DNA from: Aplysia californica
Lineage: Eukaryota
NCBI RefSeq assembly: GCF_000002075.1
Contig: NW_004797278.1
Coordinates: 1,836,831-1,897,054, forward strand
Direction of reading: 5' to 3'
DNA length: 60,224 nt
A model generated the notes under the pieces. The model was given only the letters and a program-made list of their open reading frames with translations. It was not told the origin of the DNA and did no database searches. Below, piece by piece: positions 24,646 to 38,272 of the stretch. Numbering within the stretch: the stretch's first letter is position 1; every line of letters starts with the position of its first letter. The position numbers were made by a program, and so were the translations under genes.

Positions 24646-25458
24646 TTTAAGATGGCCACGCATTGTTGAGGAGAAAAGTGGCCGTATAAGACAGGTGGCC
24701 GTCCGTCATATGCAGGAATGATCAGTCAAAATGAAAAAAACAAACCATTCACTTCTGAGGTCCTAACTGGAGGTGGTCGCAGGCTTGGGATTTCCGGGGG
24801 AGGGGTTGTTGGTGGGTTTTTTTAAGGTGGGAGAGGATAGGACGGTTTTGTGGCTTTTAGTTGTTAGGTTTTTTGGGGGGTTTTTTGGGAGGGCGGGATT
24901 CTTTTAATTATCACTTCGTGAAAGGTCAAAATAACTCTAAATGTGTCAGACGAGGAAGATCAAGTGCCATAGTAAAACAAACAAATGGGTCGCCACCACT
25001 CGGCGAATGAGTGACACTTCACTGTCATGAGTTTGTGTTGACTTCCATTGTTAAGGACAAGGTTTACGAACTGAGTTGTGGGTGGGACTTAAAGGTTATG
25101 ACGGATCACACGCTTCCCTTAGCAGCAGCTGAAAATTTATTGTTACTCATTGGTCAACTCGGGTAAACTTTGGGAGCGACCTAAGCAACATGACATTTCA
25201 TCCATTTGAGAGACTGGCAATAACGACAGGTAAATGAATTATGACGGCTTGTCCACAGCGGCGGAGGAAAATGATTTTTTTAACAAAACTTTGCCGTCTC
25301 AGGCAGGTAAATTTGGCTGTGGGTTGATAAAATAGGGTGGCCTCGGCCGCGTTGGACAAGTGCCCGTTTTACACAGTTAAATTGTACAGAAAAAAACGCG
25401 AAGGGGGAAAATGGAAAGTGGCTCTTCGTTCAGGTGGCCATCACGGCAGGTTCAACTG
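24646..25458. mobile_element. pogo-type MITE, family of 40097-40851
   Basis: Shared ggccgtataagacaggtggcc, aaacaaaccattc and ttttacacagttaaatt blocks; ends GCAGGTTCAACTG|TA. Confidence 0.75.
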
Positions 25459-25553
25459 TATCTAATATGCATAGAAAACACTTTCTTCTTTGTTTTTATG
25501 GCAACCTTTCATTGAAAAGGTTTTCAAGCTTTTGTGCAATATGTTTTCCCCAG

Positions 25554-25763
25554 AAAAATGCATGCATGTCCTTGAGGAACCTTGTGTCCAGAACAAAAGA
25601 CTTATCTGAATGTATACTGGCCCTGGGAGTGGAGCCCCTCCTCAACAACGCCATGAATTGCCACAAAGAAGCTCAGGACGAGGCAAAGGCTGCTCTCAGG
25701 GACTTGGGATGTAAAGTAGAGCTTCAAGAATTATGGAAAGGGAAGAGAGGAACTCTGCAATAG
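25554..25763 (+). CDS. ARMC6: ARMC6 last coding exon
   Basis: KNACMSLRNLVSR...AKAALRDLGCKVELQELWKGKRGTLQ*. Total CDS 1413 nt (~470 aa). AATAAA at ~25820. Confidence 0.92.
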   Translation, partial: KNACMSLRNLVSRTKDLSECILALGVEPLLNNAMNCHKEAQDEAKAALRDLGCKVELQELWKGKRGTLQ

Positions 25764-25943
25764 GTTTCTTCTTCTGACTAGCTTTGCTTTTAATTCAGTT
25801 TCCAAATTCTTTCATTGACAATAAAAAAAGGTGTTAGAGAACTACTGACTTTTTACTTATTTTTTCACTTTTACTTTTATTGCTACAGGACAGTTCTATG
25901 CCCCTTTCAACCTGTATAAAGATTTAAGAGGTGGAACCTCTTA

Positions 25944-26481
25944 GGGGGCTCTCGTGGCCTAGAGGTTAAGGTGTTGGCCTCACACTCAAAAGGTCCTGGG
26001 TTCGAATCCGGGTAGCGACCGAAAAATTTTCTTCTCTAAATTTGTCTCCTTTCACCTCACTTCCTGCTCTCTAGCAATGTTCTATCGTCTGCTTTCGTCT
26101 CCACTTTCTGCCCTCACCCCGTCACCTCCTTTGCCCCTTCCTCTGGGCTCCTGATTCTTTCTGCAGCCTTTCTACTGCTACTCCTTCGCTTCTTCTTACT
26201 GCAGTCTTTCAGCCACACCCCTGATCTTCTGGTAGGAAAGATCTACACCTAGCCTTCTCGGACAAGGGCGAAAAATCTTAGAGGGCCCGTGTGTAAGTTG
26301 CGCACGTTAAAGATCCCTTGGTGGTCTAAAATCGATAAGAGTAGGCTTCGGCCGCCACCCGGGCAAAATTTAAAATTTCCTACCAACTGAAAATATTAGG
26401 TGTGTCCCGCGCGCTCATATGACCTATGCAGTTGCGAGCGCCGCAAAACACTCTACTATAAAAATAAAAATAATAAAAAAA
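25944..26481 (+). mobile_element. tRNA(Val-like)-derived SINE family A, full length, 10-bp TSD
   Basis: TSD GAACCTCTTA at 25934-25943 and 26482-26491. Head resembles tRNA-Val (GCCTCACAC...AAAGGTCC.GGGTTCGAATCC). A-rich tail. Confidence 0.92.
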
Positions 26482-26754
26482 GAACCTCTTAATTCAATGT
26501 CCATCTCTTCCAGGACTGAGTAGAGTAAGTGGAGAGCCTTGAAAACTCCCCAACAACCCACTTTTAAAACTACCCATTTGGGAATTCGAACCAGGGTCAT
26601 CCAAAGTACAAATGGCATGCCCATTCTTTCACTTGGTATGTTCAGAATAATAAGAACAAACAAAGTATTTTGTATATATCAATGATCAATGTCTGTAAAG
26701 AAACTGAATGTTTAAAGGAGGAGCTTAAAGAAGCATTGCTTTTTCCCTCAATTA

Positions 26755-27268
26755 CAGTCCACTCCACTTGTAGTGAAGTCGGTCATAAAGATCTTTGGAC
26801 GTAGCAATCTATTTCCGTGGAACGAGCACCGATGTAACACAAACTCAAATTGAATCGGTTGTACCGAATTCACTACATCTGTCGTGACTGCTGTAGTGAG
26901 GTGTATTCTTATCCCGGCCCATATAGTTAATAGTAAAAATATAACAGTTTTAACGATGTTCCCCCCCTGGTTAGTTTTGACCTAGCATTGATGAACCCGA
27001 TATTGTTTTGTAACGTTACGCACATTCACACAATAGTACGAGGCATCAATCTCCCTATACTATTGATAACCTCATATGATAAGCGCCGAAGCGAACACGA
27101 TACTGTCTCTCTCTCTCACTTCGTCTAGCGCCATGAGGAACAACTACAGTGAGGTTGGGTACTGGGATTATTCCCCTTGAATCTTTCTTCCAACTGCTGT
27201 TGCGAACTTCGGATGTATCGATCTTTTTTCTGGTCCCCCAACGACATCGCTACAAGCTTAGTCGACTG
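26755..27268. mobile_element. TA-flanked pogo-type MITE
   Basis: Left end CAGTCCACTCCACTTGTAGTGAAGTCG versus reverse complement of right end CAGTCGACTAAGCTTGTAGCGATGTCG. Confidence 0.7.
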
Positions 27269-28604
27269 TATGTCAAACCCTACAGAATGGAAAAGTATTT
27301 TATAAAAAATGTTCACTTTGAGTAAGCAAATATGGACATTGTAAAACACAGGAAAGAAACTCAAGAATGCGCAGAGTCACTTTCGTCAAATGGGCACATC
27401 AGCATTAAAATAAAGGTTTACCAGAGTGTTTTAGAGCACCTTATATCTGAGGAGCCATATCACAACTGAAAGCACAGGTGAATAAATAAAAGAGACAAAG
27501 CTCAAGTTTCACAAAAATTTACCAGAAGTGTTCAAGTAATCCAGTTTCACTTCAACTGATCTAATACTAATACAACATTTTTTGAAAAAAGTAAACAAAA
27601 GAACCTTTTCTATTGCATGGAAAACATAATTTATTATGCTTAACAAATCCTTAAAAGTATCCATAAGCCGAACCAAAGTACATTTGAGCTCTTTTTCCAA
27701 TAATCACAGTATTTTATTTTTTGGAATAGATTTTATGACAGTTTTAACATGGTGTAAACAGAGAGAAAATTACATCATTTTTTTGTGTGCATAATCTCAA
27801 AGAAAAGCAAATACCATAAACAATCAATATATATAGGCCTACTTATTGTATCTAAAGTCAGCATGATACAAATAACTTATGAGTTCATTACTTTTACTTT
27901 TAATAAAAGCAGTTGAACAAACCATTCATGTAGAAAAGGCATTTTGGTGCATTTTGCTCCTTATTCCTTATACTATTACTATACTTTCTGAATTATTCTT
28001 GTACTTTGCTTATCGGTTCTTTGTGAATTGTGTTCCATATCACTCTACCTCAGGAGCTACAATCATAGCTTGTTCACTTTCATTTGTCCGAAGTTCAGTT
28101 AAAAACTGTATGAAAACAAAATAGCTCTATTCAATCTTCTCAGGTCTTTGCACACAGGTTTAAAAGTGGGAAGACCAACAGAAACTAAAAGCCCATAATG
28201 AAGAACACTGCACTGCAAAATAAGATTTCGACACATGCTGTGATGTAAGCCTAAAGATGTTTTTAAAATAAATAATAGGTGATATACACACGCCTAAAAC
28301 TTTTTAAATTTTTATCAAAACTTTACTTTTTAATTTAACTCACATCCATGAAAATATGGTCCAACAGACAGGGGAGTACTTTTCAAGACACATAATATTT
28401 AGTGACATCTAGATGGTAAAAAGTATGTGATTACGTAGGAATGTGAGTGTGGCATCGCCGTCTCAAAATGAGCAATTTGTAAGGTAAGATGCTGTAAACC
28501 ATTTATTGTAGTGATCCTGTGTATGCACTCAAAAGATGGTGCTTAATATGGGGTCCGAATAAAGAAACTTTTTAATTACTGGGTCACAATGTTTAAAAAA
28601 ATAT

Positions 28605-28859
28605 GAAGACTCCACTGAAAAAACGGGTATAGTCACAAACTGGAAATTGTGAGGGTGTCAATTTTAAAAGCTTGTGGACTCCTAACTTCATATTTGTTTG
28701 ATTGGTGGTTTATTTTATATGTTTGTTGGATGGTAAATCTAACAGCAATAATCAACCAACAGCTGAACAGAAATACAGTTATGAGCCAACAAGCGTTTAA
28801 AATTGGTACCCCTGCGATTTTCAGTTTGTGACTATGCCCGTTTTTTCAGTGGACTCCTC
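28605..28859. mobile_element. Hairpin MITE with ~80+ bp imperfect TIRs and ATAT TSD (Sola2-like termini)
   Basis: TCCACTGAAAAAACGGG.ATAGTCACAAACTG is inverted at both ends; ATAT on both flanks; right end ...CTC. Confidence 0.75.
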
Positions 28860-30089
28860 ATATATATTTTTATGTTCGATCCCTGGCCTACAGGAGTGCA
28901 ATGCAAAGTTACGTGCCCATTTATAAATTAATAAATGAGCAACAATTTTTTCTAAAGCAGACAGATAACTCTTTAGAAAAAAAAAGTTCTACAACAGTGC
29001 ACCATTAGAAAGAACAAGTCTGCAAGCCAGAAGCACTGAAGTGTACTTTCTGAGGATATTACATACTGTGATCTTATGGGACATACATTTTTTTTTCAAA
29101 AAAGGCACTTAAACTCACCAACTAACACCAAAACTTTTTAAACGGTAAATTCAAATCATAACTTGCAATTTCTTCCCAGCAAAAAAAAAAAATTAACAAA
29201 TTTAGTTGTAAATAGTCATTAAATTGTTCATTATTATAAATATATAGGAGAAGATGATCAAGTGTAGTAGAATGGGCTAAAATTAGACATGATGAACACA
29301 TGAAGCATAAGGCTGACAAAATAAAATCTTTAACAGGTGTGTGTATCCACGGAGAGATGATCGATACTTGTCATCCATAGGTACTGAAAACACACTCGAT
29401 CAAAAAAATTCCTACCCCTGAGAAACTTCTATCATGAGAGAAAAAAATAGTGCAAAAAAACAATAACATAGAATTGACTCTCAATTTAGATTATATTTGA
29501 CATACTAGGTCAATTAATTCATCACACGCAATAGCCTTCACTAAAATTTGTTACTGTCTACTAGTAGAAGCCATTACAGATATATCATTTAGTATGTTAA
29601 AAGTCAAAAATTCCAAATTTAAAAACAAATTGTTTAATCTTAATCGTGTCATTGGGAGGGGTTGCAAAAGTGGTTCCTTTTCACATCATTACTTTACAGA
29701 AAAGCATTAGGTTTCGAATATATGCTGGACTGACAATTATTAATCTATAAGATTTTACACCAATATCACTTACGTTCAAACCAAAGGGAGAGATTTCTCA
29801 CTAGTACATGTACATTTTTTCCTGTAACAAAACATTGCATACAATACAGGGTTTTTTTTCCCTCGAAAAAGAAATATCAAACAAAACAAAAACAGAAAAA
29901 CTGGGCAAGGAGTTGAAAGTAGAGAACAACAAAATTACATTGAACAAACTTATAGAGCAGTTAAAAATTTGCGGCGCAACTTATTTTCAAATGTTTCCTC
30001 AACTATCCAACATAGACTTTCCAGCTTTTGCACAATGACTTGTATCAATTTGTCTTAACAAATCAATATTTTTTTAAAACATCAATCAG

Positions 30090-30335
30090 CTGTATTCTAG
30101 AATATTCTTAAATAAATACTCATTAAAAATCCAACTGGGTAGTTTCTAGAGATTTTTAAATTTTAAAAGGTCTACAGATGGGGCAATATTGCTTTTAAAA
30201 GCAAGTCCGTCATTTTTTTTCTAATCGCAACAGTATGCTTATTGAACACACATTTTGAGAACCTAAGTGCAAAAAAAGTGGTCAATATAAAATTAATTTC
30301 TTGCAACATGTTTGCCACTAAAAAGTGTCATTGGT
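30090..30335. repeat. Interspersed repeat, second copy at ~47610-47855
   Basis: Shared gggcaatat..ttttaaaa.caag.ccgtcatttttttctaatcg...tatgcttattgaa...ccactaaaaagtg.catt. Confidence 0.65.
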
Positions 30336-32759
30336 GAGCTGTGACGTAGGCCACATACGTATCCAAAATGTGCGTGAGAAGCGGGAAGTGCTGAGAACAA
30401 TCCCATTTTCCAGAAGAAGGAGATTTATTGTATTTTATTTTATAGAAATTTGTGAAGAAAATTTGTTTAATCTAGCTCCAATTGTAGTGGGAAAATACAA
30501 TTCAGTTGAGACAAATTGATTCAACCTTCTGTGAAAAGTATGCGTGAGACTGATTCACTCGTTAAAGAGATATTTGAGGATAAGACGCCCCACAAATTTT
30601 TGACTGCACTATAGATAACAATGTACTTGATTCTTGAATGATACAAAATTCTTGCATTGTAACATATAGGATTTCATGAAGCACACATCATAAAAAGATT
30701 TTCTTCTTCTCTGTCAACATTCAGAAACAATGTCAGCACATGAATTTTGTTCAGTTCTACACATCAAGAACAATGCAGCTTTTTCCTTTAATAAGACTGG
30801 AAGGAAGAATGTCAAAGGGACAAAAAAAGCAAAGCATTCTTCCAACTGCAAAATCATGCAATACTTTCCCTCACAACCATAATGCAGGTACACAACTAAC
30901 AGAGGAGGATTAACATATTTTACAGTGATCCTTACTTGAATACAGTTAAATAAAAGAGTCAAAAGTAAAATGTTCATTTAAATTACAAATGATATTATTG
31001 AGGTAATCGGAGGTTCAAGACTTCACAGGTTATCATTAATGAACACGGAAATTCTAGATCCATCTCACCCACACCAGGGACCTTCAATAAATAGTAGTAA
31101 TCTCTAAATTGGACAATTCAAACTTCAAATACAGTATTATTATTGTCAATGCCTGAAATCCATAGGCTCCAGACTGCAGGAAAATCAATGTCAGGCAACA
31201 AGAATTACTTGTCTTAAGGAGAACAACTCATGATTATGAGAAAATAACATTCCCTAACTTTGAAACCAACCAGCAGATCTCTTGTCAAATGCTAGATCCA
31301 TACTGAAGTAAATGTCATCAATCTAACTGACAAACTTTTAGTTCCTTCAAAGCTGAACTGAATTACCATAATAATCAAGCCTTGAGTCTTGACTGATACA
31401 TCTGAAGTGAAGCCCCTTTTCATGACTCTTCCAACCTCTTTCCTTCTCAAAAATTAAATTACATGAATACAGGATCAAGACGCTGGTTAAAAAAAGAATG
31501 AAGGAAAGACCATAGTCCCAAACTGTTGCAACAGAATCCAAACCACGAGGTCTAAATCTTGTAAAGCGATGAGCAAACATATGCTGAAGTGGTACCATAC
31601 CAACCTGTAGAGTAAGTTTTCACTTTTGTAGCAAAAGAGGGTCTAGTACTAGTCAAGTAGAATGAAGGCTCCAATAACTTGACAGTGGAGCTTTAACTTT
31701 AATGCACCATTTGAATACCCATCCTTGGCATATGATCACACACTACCTGCTGGAGGTCTGTCAAAGCAATAGGCAACAAATATTCCACTCCCCAGTCGGG
31801 AAATTTGCACTGAAAGCATGCCATAGTAATATTTCAAATTTGATCAGATATATATATATTCATCTTACAAAAAGTCTCTGACGAAATTTGTCCTGTCAGA
31901 TTGGGATAATAGGGGGGATATATAATTAACTGAGAATTATGCACCCCCCCCCCAAAAAAAAAAAAAAAAAGCCAACTCAAATCAGAATACACTGGAAGAC
32001 AGTGAAAGATGAGGAGAATGTGGAGAACATAGATACTGAGATGAGAAACCCATAAGTTCTACACATAGGCCACTTGTGTCAACCAACAGTTCCACTGTTG
32101 TCGCCACACTAGTTGTAAGGAGAAAGATTATCTTGGAAAAAGAAAGGGGCAAAAAAAGTGTTATAGATTACAGAAAAATACAGTAATTGCTGTAAATGTC
32201 ACATGTCAAATTTGAAAAAATAAACTATTTAATTCATGGGTCACAATTTCTGTTCACACATCTAGAAAGCTCTCATGACATGAGTCGCAGGAACAGTAGT
32301 GAATGGAAAAATTAAGCGTTTTCAACTTTCTTTCATGTAATCAAGTTTCAACCTTAGCAAAAGCTGTTTTCATATCCTTTGAAAATGAAAAAACCTGTTG
32401 TATCCCCCCTCCCATTTCCAGAAACAATGTAAAAAATTCTTCTCTCTGCAAAATGAATACTTGATCATAAAAAAACAATAATCCAATTTTTTTTTTCTAC
32501 ACAAATTCCTGCTATTCCATAATGTCAGAGATTAAGAGAGGAGAGTAGGGGTCATACTGAAAAGACCAACTAGTGAAATATAAATTCTCAATATCTGACA
32601 GTTTACTACCAAACAATTTTATTCCAGAGATTTTCTCCAGATGTATGGATTTTTCATGTGTTCAAAAAATGTCTCTTATTTACTGTCATTTTGTTCAAGG
32701 CATCAACACTATTGATGTAATTATTTATTCTGACCTAGAACCTGTCAAATAGTTGCCAT

Positions 32760-32990
32760 ACCAGCATCTTTAGTGTAGCAGTTAGGTGCTTCACTGATGC
32801 ACACAGGAGATCCAAATTCAATTCCCCGGTGCGGAGATTTTTTATTGAGTATGATCTCTGTTTTTCTGTGGGGACAGTGTATCCCTTTCAGCCTTGGTTG
32901 GCCCTGACAGACAAGGTCGGAAGGCCGCCTCCTAAATAATCTTAATCGAGTAGATGGGGTATTAAAAACACCTATATTAAAATAGATAAA
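32760..32990 (+). mobile_element. Old tRNA(Asp-like)-derived SINE; related head on - strand at ~22070-22150
   Basis: tagtgtagcagttag...ttcaattccccggtgcggaga resembles a decayed tRNA head. Confidence 0.45.
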
Positions 32991-33725
32991 TAAATAGTTG
33001 CCATGGTAATAAAACCAAGATGAAAGACAGACTTCACATAAAACAAGAGAATACACAAGAGCGAAAAAAATGAAGATTAGATTAGAGGGTTATTGAGATT
33101 TTACATCTCTATACCTACATATGCAACGCGTAAATTTAGTTTATATGATAATGCTCATACACAAGGTTTTCCTACTCCAGAGTCTTTCAATCTGTTGACC
33201 CAAACAATGGGAAAATTTGTTTGTTCCCATAGATTTAAACAAATGAAATTTCAGAGTACAAAAACATTCTAACTTACAGTCTAAGGAACATGATTTGATA
33301 AAACTAATAAAAGAAAGGAGGGTAATCTTTCATTCCAATACTTGTTTTGTTTGATTACTTTTCAAACAATTGCATCGTTAGTTGAAAAAGACCACATAAG
33401 AGTAACTCATTCAATCATGAAGATGAATGTGGGCTGTGCTAGAGAGTCTCATATTCCGGCAGCAAAATACAAAAATATCCCCTTTGATCAAATTTGACAA
33501 TAAACTCTTTATATAATGAAATACAGTTTCAATTTCCAAAGTATCTCCTGCCCACAAGCAGTATAATCCACTTTTCTCAAAGCGTTCTAAACACTTAAAC
33601 ATCAGTTGATTTCAAACACAAAATATTGTCATGAAAACGAAGCAGAGGCAATTGTAACAAAACTCTTCAAGTATTCAGGACAGACCAACGAGCCACTACT
33701 ACTAGCAATTATCCTGGACAGGCAT

Positions 33726-33882
33726 TTATGACAACTTTACATTTTTCCAGAATTTATTCAGGTAGATCATGGCATGGCGGGAATTAGCAATTCCAATAGC
33801 AACCAGCAACAAAACATACGCAACCATGAGCAAAGTAAACTTGTTATCTCGTATCCATGATGAGGAGGTATTTGCTGTTGTT
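33726..33882 (-). CDS. PARP16: PARP16 last exon (C-terminal transmembrane anchor)
   Basis: (Q)TTANTSSSWIRDNKFTLLMVAYVLLLVAIGIANSRHAMIYLNKFWKNVKLS*. CAG acceptor; phase 2 matches exon 5. Confidence 0.85.
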
Positions 33883-34394
33883 CTGTAGAAAAAAACGACA
33901 AAAAAAATATGTTATGATTATGACATTTCATCTAGAACTAGAAGCCTTTTAATCCAAATGAAAAAGCTTTCCATGTGTAGAAACCATTCAAACATTTAGC
34001 AACTATGATAGCATGTTCATTCTCTTCTCTCTTGCATGCAGAAAACATGAGTTTGATATTTGCTTTGGGAAGTCATTTTGTTGAGTATCTCCATCTGTCT
34101 ACTGGAATGCTGTATCCCACTCACCCTGGGTTAGCCTGGACAGGCAGCATGCCTCCTAAATTACCAAAATTGTATCAATCCGATTAAAGCGCAAAACTTT
34201 TACAATGTAATAATAATAATAATAATAGATAGCATTTGTATAGCGCATATCCCCGCTCAGCAGCAGGCTCTATGCGCTTTACACTATATGTATCAATCCA
34301 TCACTTCATTTGAAACAATGCACCACATCAAAACATAATTAAACATCAAGAAGTATATTAATAAACACTATTAAAACCGCTTCAGCTCCCTTAA

Positions 34395-35016
34395 CTCTTT
34401 CCGGACGTATCGCGGCTGTGATAGGGTGCCTCAGTATTGTTTCGTTTTAACACGATGTGTCATTCATAATTACTTTTTATTGCTATTGAAAAACTCGGAA
34501 AGGATTTAGGAAACAAAAACATCTAGTTTCACTTTGTCAAAGCGTGGGTTTGTGGGAAAATTAGTGAATTAGTTCTTGCGGTCTTGCATCAACAAAACGA
34601 TGTAACTGGACTCAGTATAAAAATATCATAACTCAAAACAAAAATTGGAATATTGCTTTCAAACAAAAAGCTGCACATACAGAAATTTATGGATTATGCC
34701 CTTGGCCTGTATATGATAAGATAGCTATGCTGATTTGCTTTCACATGTTTGGTGAATGTAATTTTTTTAATCAAAATTTATTTTTCTCATCACCATCGCC
34801 ATTTCTAACCCTTCTAATTCTTACTTATGTTCAAAATTAATCCTTGTTTCATATTGGGATGTACTCCTCATTCAATTTATTTCAATTTGATATATCATAT
34901 GTTACGTTTTGAGGGATAGTTATGCATCTATGAAGTTATTTTGTACACCACCTGCATAGCCAAATTGAGCCACAGGTAAATTGTCTAGACCCCCAAAAAA
35001 CTATGTCCGGAAAGAG
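34395..35016. mobile_element. Non-autonomous piggyBac-type element
   Basis: TTAA|CTCTTTCCGGAC ... GTCCGGAAAGAG|TTAA. Confidence 0.85.
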
Positions 35017-35145
35017 TTAATCTTTCCAGGCAGAAAACCTAACAGATGTGCGAACCTAGACCTTCTAGTATTGGCTCCATCTATTTAACAACCCAATTTT
35101 GTTTGGTTAACTTATTTAGCTTTTTCAGAAGGACTTTTATATGTA

Positions 35146-35969
35146 CAGTGCAGTCCACTTATAACGAGTCCTGAAACAACGAGAAGTCTGTTATAAAGAC
35201 ATCATTCTAAAAACCCGTTTTTTTCCCTTCTTAATCTTTGTAAATAAAATACTGCTATAGCGCAATCACATAAACGCGCGAGTCAGTTATAGCAGAATAT
35301 AGCTGCTGCTGTGCACAGTGCATAGGCCATTTATTCAAGCAAAACCTCACCAGTTGAGAAACTTGTTGGTTATCAAGCGAAACAAAGAAAGTGAGTGCCC
35401 ATGTGTGCCAACAATGAAGGCTGGGGCGAATGAGTGGGGAGTGTGTGGCACGCACAGACACACCGTTGTGAAGCAGAACGCATTGCCTGATAGTGATAGG
35501 CCAGCCTAGTCTAGATTATCTAGGCCTAAGTATTCTATCATGCCTATCACTTCTCCGATGCGAGGATGGAGAGGTCACAGTGCTGTGATTGATCATACAG
35601 CGAATGTGTGACGTGCGCAAGCAGACGCGGGAACGCACCACAGGGAGTGGTGGGGTGGGGGGAAAATACAGCGGGCGAGTTAGCCTAGAGAACTTTCGTT
35701 CTGATAGCCAACCCCGAGCTGTCAACATCGCTAACGCTAGAGTGAGAAACCTGATTCAATTTTTGATCAAGTAAGACCTAGAGGTCATGTTGAACAAAGC
35801 CATCATCAGAGGAGATAACAAAAAGAAATAAACAGAACACAAAACTCATGGATTAGGCCTACTTTACTATTTCCTTTGAATTTATTACTGGATCCCTTAC
35901 AACGAGAATCCGTCTATAACGGACATTTCTTACCGGTCCCCTCCCTCTCGTTATAACAGGATTCCACTG
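35146..35969. mobile_element. TA-flanked Tigger-type MITE
   Basis: TA|CAGTGCAGTCCACTTATAACGAG ... CTCGTTATAACAGGATTCCACTG|TA. Confidence 0.8.
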
Positions 35970-37939
35970 TATATGTATCATGACTTTTCAAAGCTGTTCG
36001 TAGGTGAGTTTTCCATAAAGCAAAGGAGTGTGCTATTGGCTCAGTTGGTATGGATCACCTGGTTCAAAACCCCAATGCAGCATTCCGAAACTTAGGTCGG
36101 TTAAAATGTTTTTAAGGCTCTCCACCTACTTACCTTGAACAAATCAAAGATGGTTTATAATTCAGAGGTACTACCTCTTAATTATCCTTACAGTTTTGAA
36201 AGGGACATTTAACCCATCTATAACATTAAGCTAAAAGCGTGACATAGTTCGTTTTAGTTTTAGTAGAGATTTTACGGCGCTCGCTACTGCATAAGGTCAT
36301 ATAGTTCTTTGATCCAGCACAATATAATGACAAGAACAAAACTCAAACCTTTTCAACTCAAATATGTTTTACTATAAAACCGAATTTTTATTATGAAACA
36401 TTCATGTGGACTCAACATTTTAGTTGCTCAACAGCACTGCCATAATACAATATATGTTAATCACTATGCCCACGTGAAAGCAAAGCAAATTACACATGAT
36501 AGATCCATCATTCTACACCAACAATCATGGCCTCCAAAAATCATGTTAAAAAAGGAGATATTAGGTCATCAGCACCATAGAGGTGACAATTCATAATCAA
36601 CAAATCTCCCTTTCTTTGAAATCTACATGTCTGACTCCAGTTGCAACACTGTTGAGTGGAGAGTTGTCCATCCAATTTACAAATCAAACGGGTCTCAACA
36701 AAGTCTAACCAAACCCACCATAATTAACCAACCTTCAGCAAAGAACCATCTGAAATAAAGCATCATATACCTTAAGCTCATCCAGCCACGTCTATAAAAT
36801 TCTTTCTGCCTACAAAACGTAAACATGACTGGATGAAATAAAATCATGGTCAGAGCAATAAAAAAAGAGATTTTAACACTGCATCTGGTACAGATTACCT
36901 CAATGCCTGAAGTTACTAGTCTGTAAGTCAACATAGCACATAAAACGAAAATTTTCAGTTTCCAAGGACTCTCAAACTATAGAAGTTACCAAACTTTGGC
37001 GGCTGTTTTCTCGCAAATATACCTCTGAAACCAAGCAACCCCCGTTTTCTTCAACCCTAAATATCTCGACTCCTATCCAAGAATAATGGGTACTTTTTTC
37101 ATTTAGAGCAAGACAACAGAGCAAACTTTAAGATGATACCAACAACTCCATATGCCGAAAAATTGACGAGCGCCCGATTCCAACGCGTCGTGACACATAT
37201 GATCCACCCTATATCTGAGTCTAAGAATCAAGACTACATAATAGAGTACTGGAAATCTAAATTTTATAAGACTGAAATATGCATATCTTTTTATTGTTTT
37301 CATCAAAACTATGTTAACCATAATCTCATAGTGGAGAAAAGCCCCTCGAAATCCCTGCATATCCCCTTCCAGGCCTAAAGGCCACCTTCCTTTGTAATTT
37401 TGCCCTCATCAAAAAGTGTAGAACTTACTTGCTAAAAGAATTCAGACTTGCTTTGTATATCATAGCCACATATTAACCAGAGACCAAAATGGGACTGTTA
37501 GATTTTTTAAAACTAGCCTGTGATCTTTCTTTTAATTTCAATCCGTTCTTTATTGCAACAAAATAAATATAAGTAAAACAGTGAATCACAACTTTTGACA
37601 GTGTATTCTCCTGTAACAATTAATGATGGCTCTCAACTGTTTAAGCATCACTTGGAATAAAGAGGATCATTAAAAATTTCTTGTATGATAAGAATGAGCA
37701 ATACAAAAAGTACAGCGCAAAAAGCATCTGAATATTTGTAGGTAAAGACCACTGAAATGATTACCATCAATGTGCCAAAGTTTTAAGTACAAGAATATCT
37801 TTGATACAAAACATTGTCTACTTACTCTTCATTCATTAAACCTTCAAGTACACTTCATAATCTTTATGTAACGTTGGTTTCAATACTCACATTTCAGACT
37901 CAGAAAGACTTTCTAAAAAAGAAAATAGTAAAAACTTAC

Positions 37940-38081
37940 TGAATTTGACTGCTTTCTTCCTTGTACAAAAGTAGGTATTTCACACGCAACACATCATTCC
38001 TTTGCACCACATAGTATTTTTCTGGAACAAGGTCAGTAACTTTGGAGGCTTGGGCCCGTACTTTTTGTTTCGATACACTTC
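37940..38081 (-). CDS. PARP16: PARP16 exon 5
   Basis: GSVSKQKVRAQASKVTDLVPEKYYVVQRNDVLRVKYLLLY carries the PARP16 VP.KYYVV...LRVKYLL motif. Phases 1/2. Confidence 0.9.
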
Positions 38082-38272
38082 CTGTCAAAGAAGGAACAAG
38101 GAGATTATCAAGCAAAGCTAAATCTACAATGACAATTCATCGTATATCATATAGGTAGTGAAATGAACAGGTCTGCAGATCACACTATGACAAATTATGA
38201 TCAAACCAAAACACAGAATTAATTTCCCAACAATCAATGATATCAGAGCATTTCTCCTCCTACAATGGACTA

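Noticed and set aside
25944-26020. tRNA gene-like sequence (also 4763-4835, 20393-20468, 54876-54950)
   Set aside because: These are SINE heads: the anticodon region varies between copies, the acceptor stem is poor, and each is followed by a shared body, tail and TSD.
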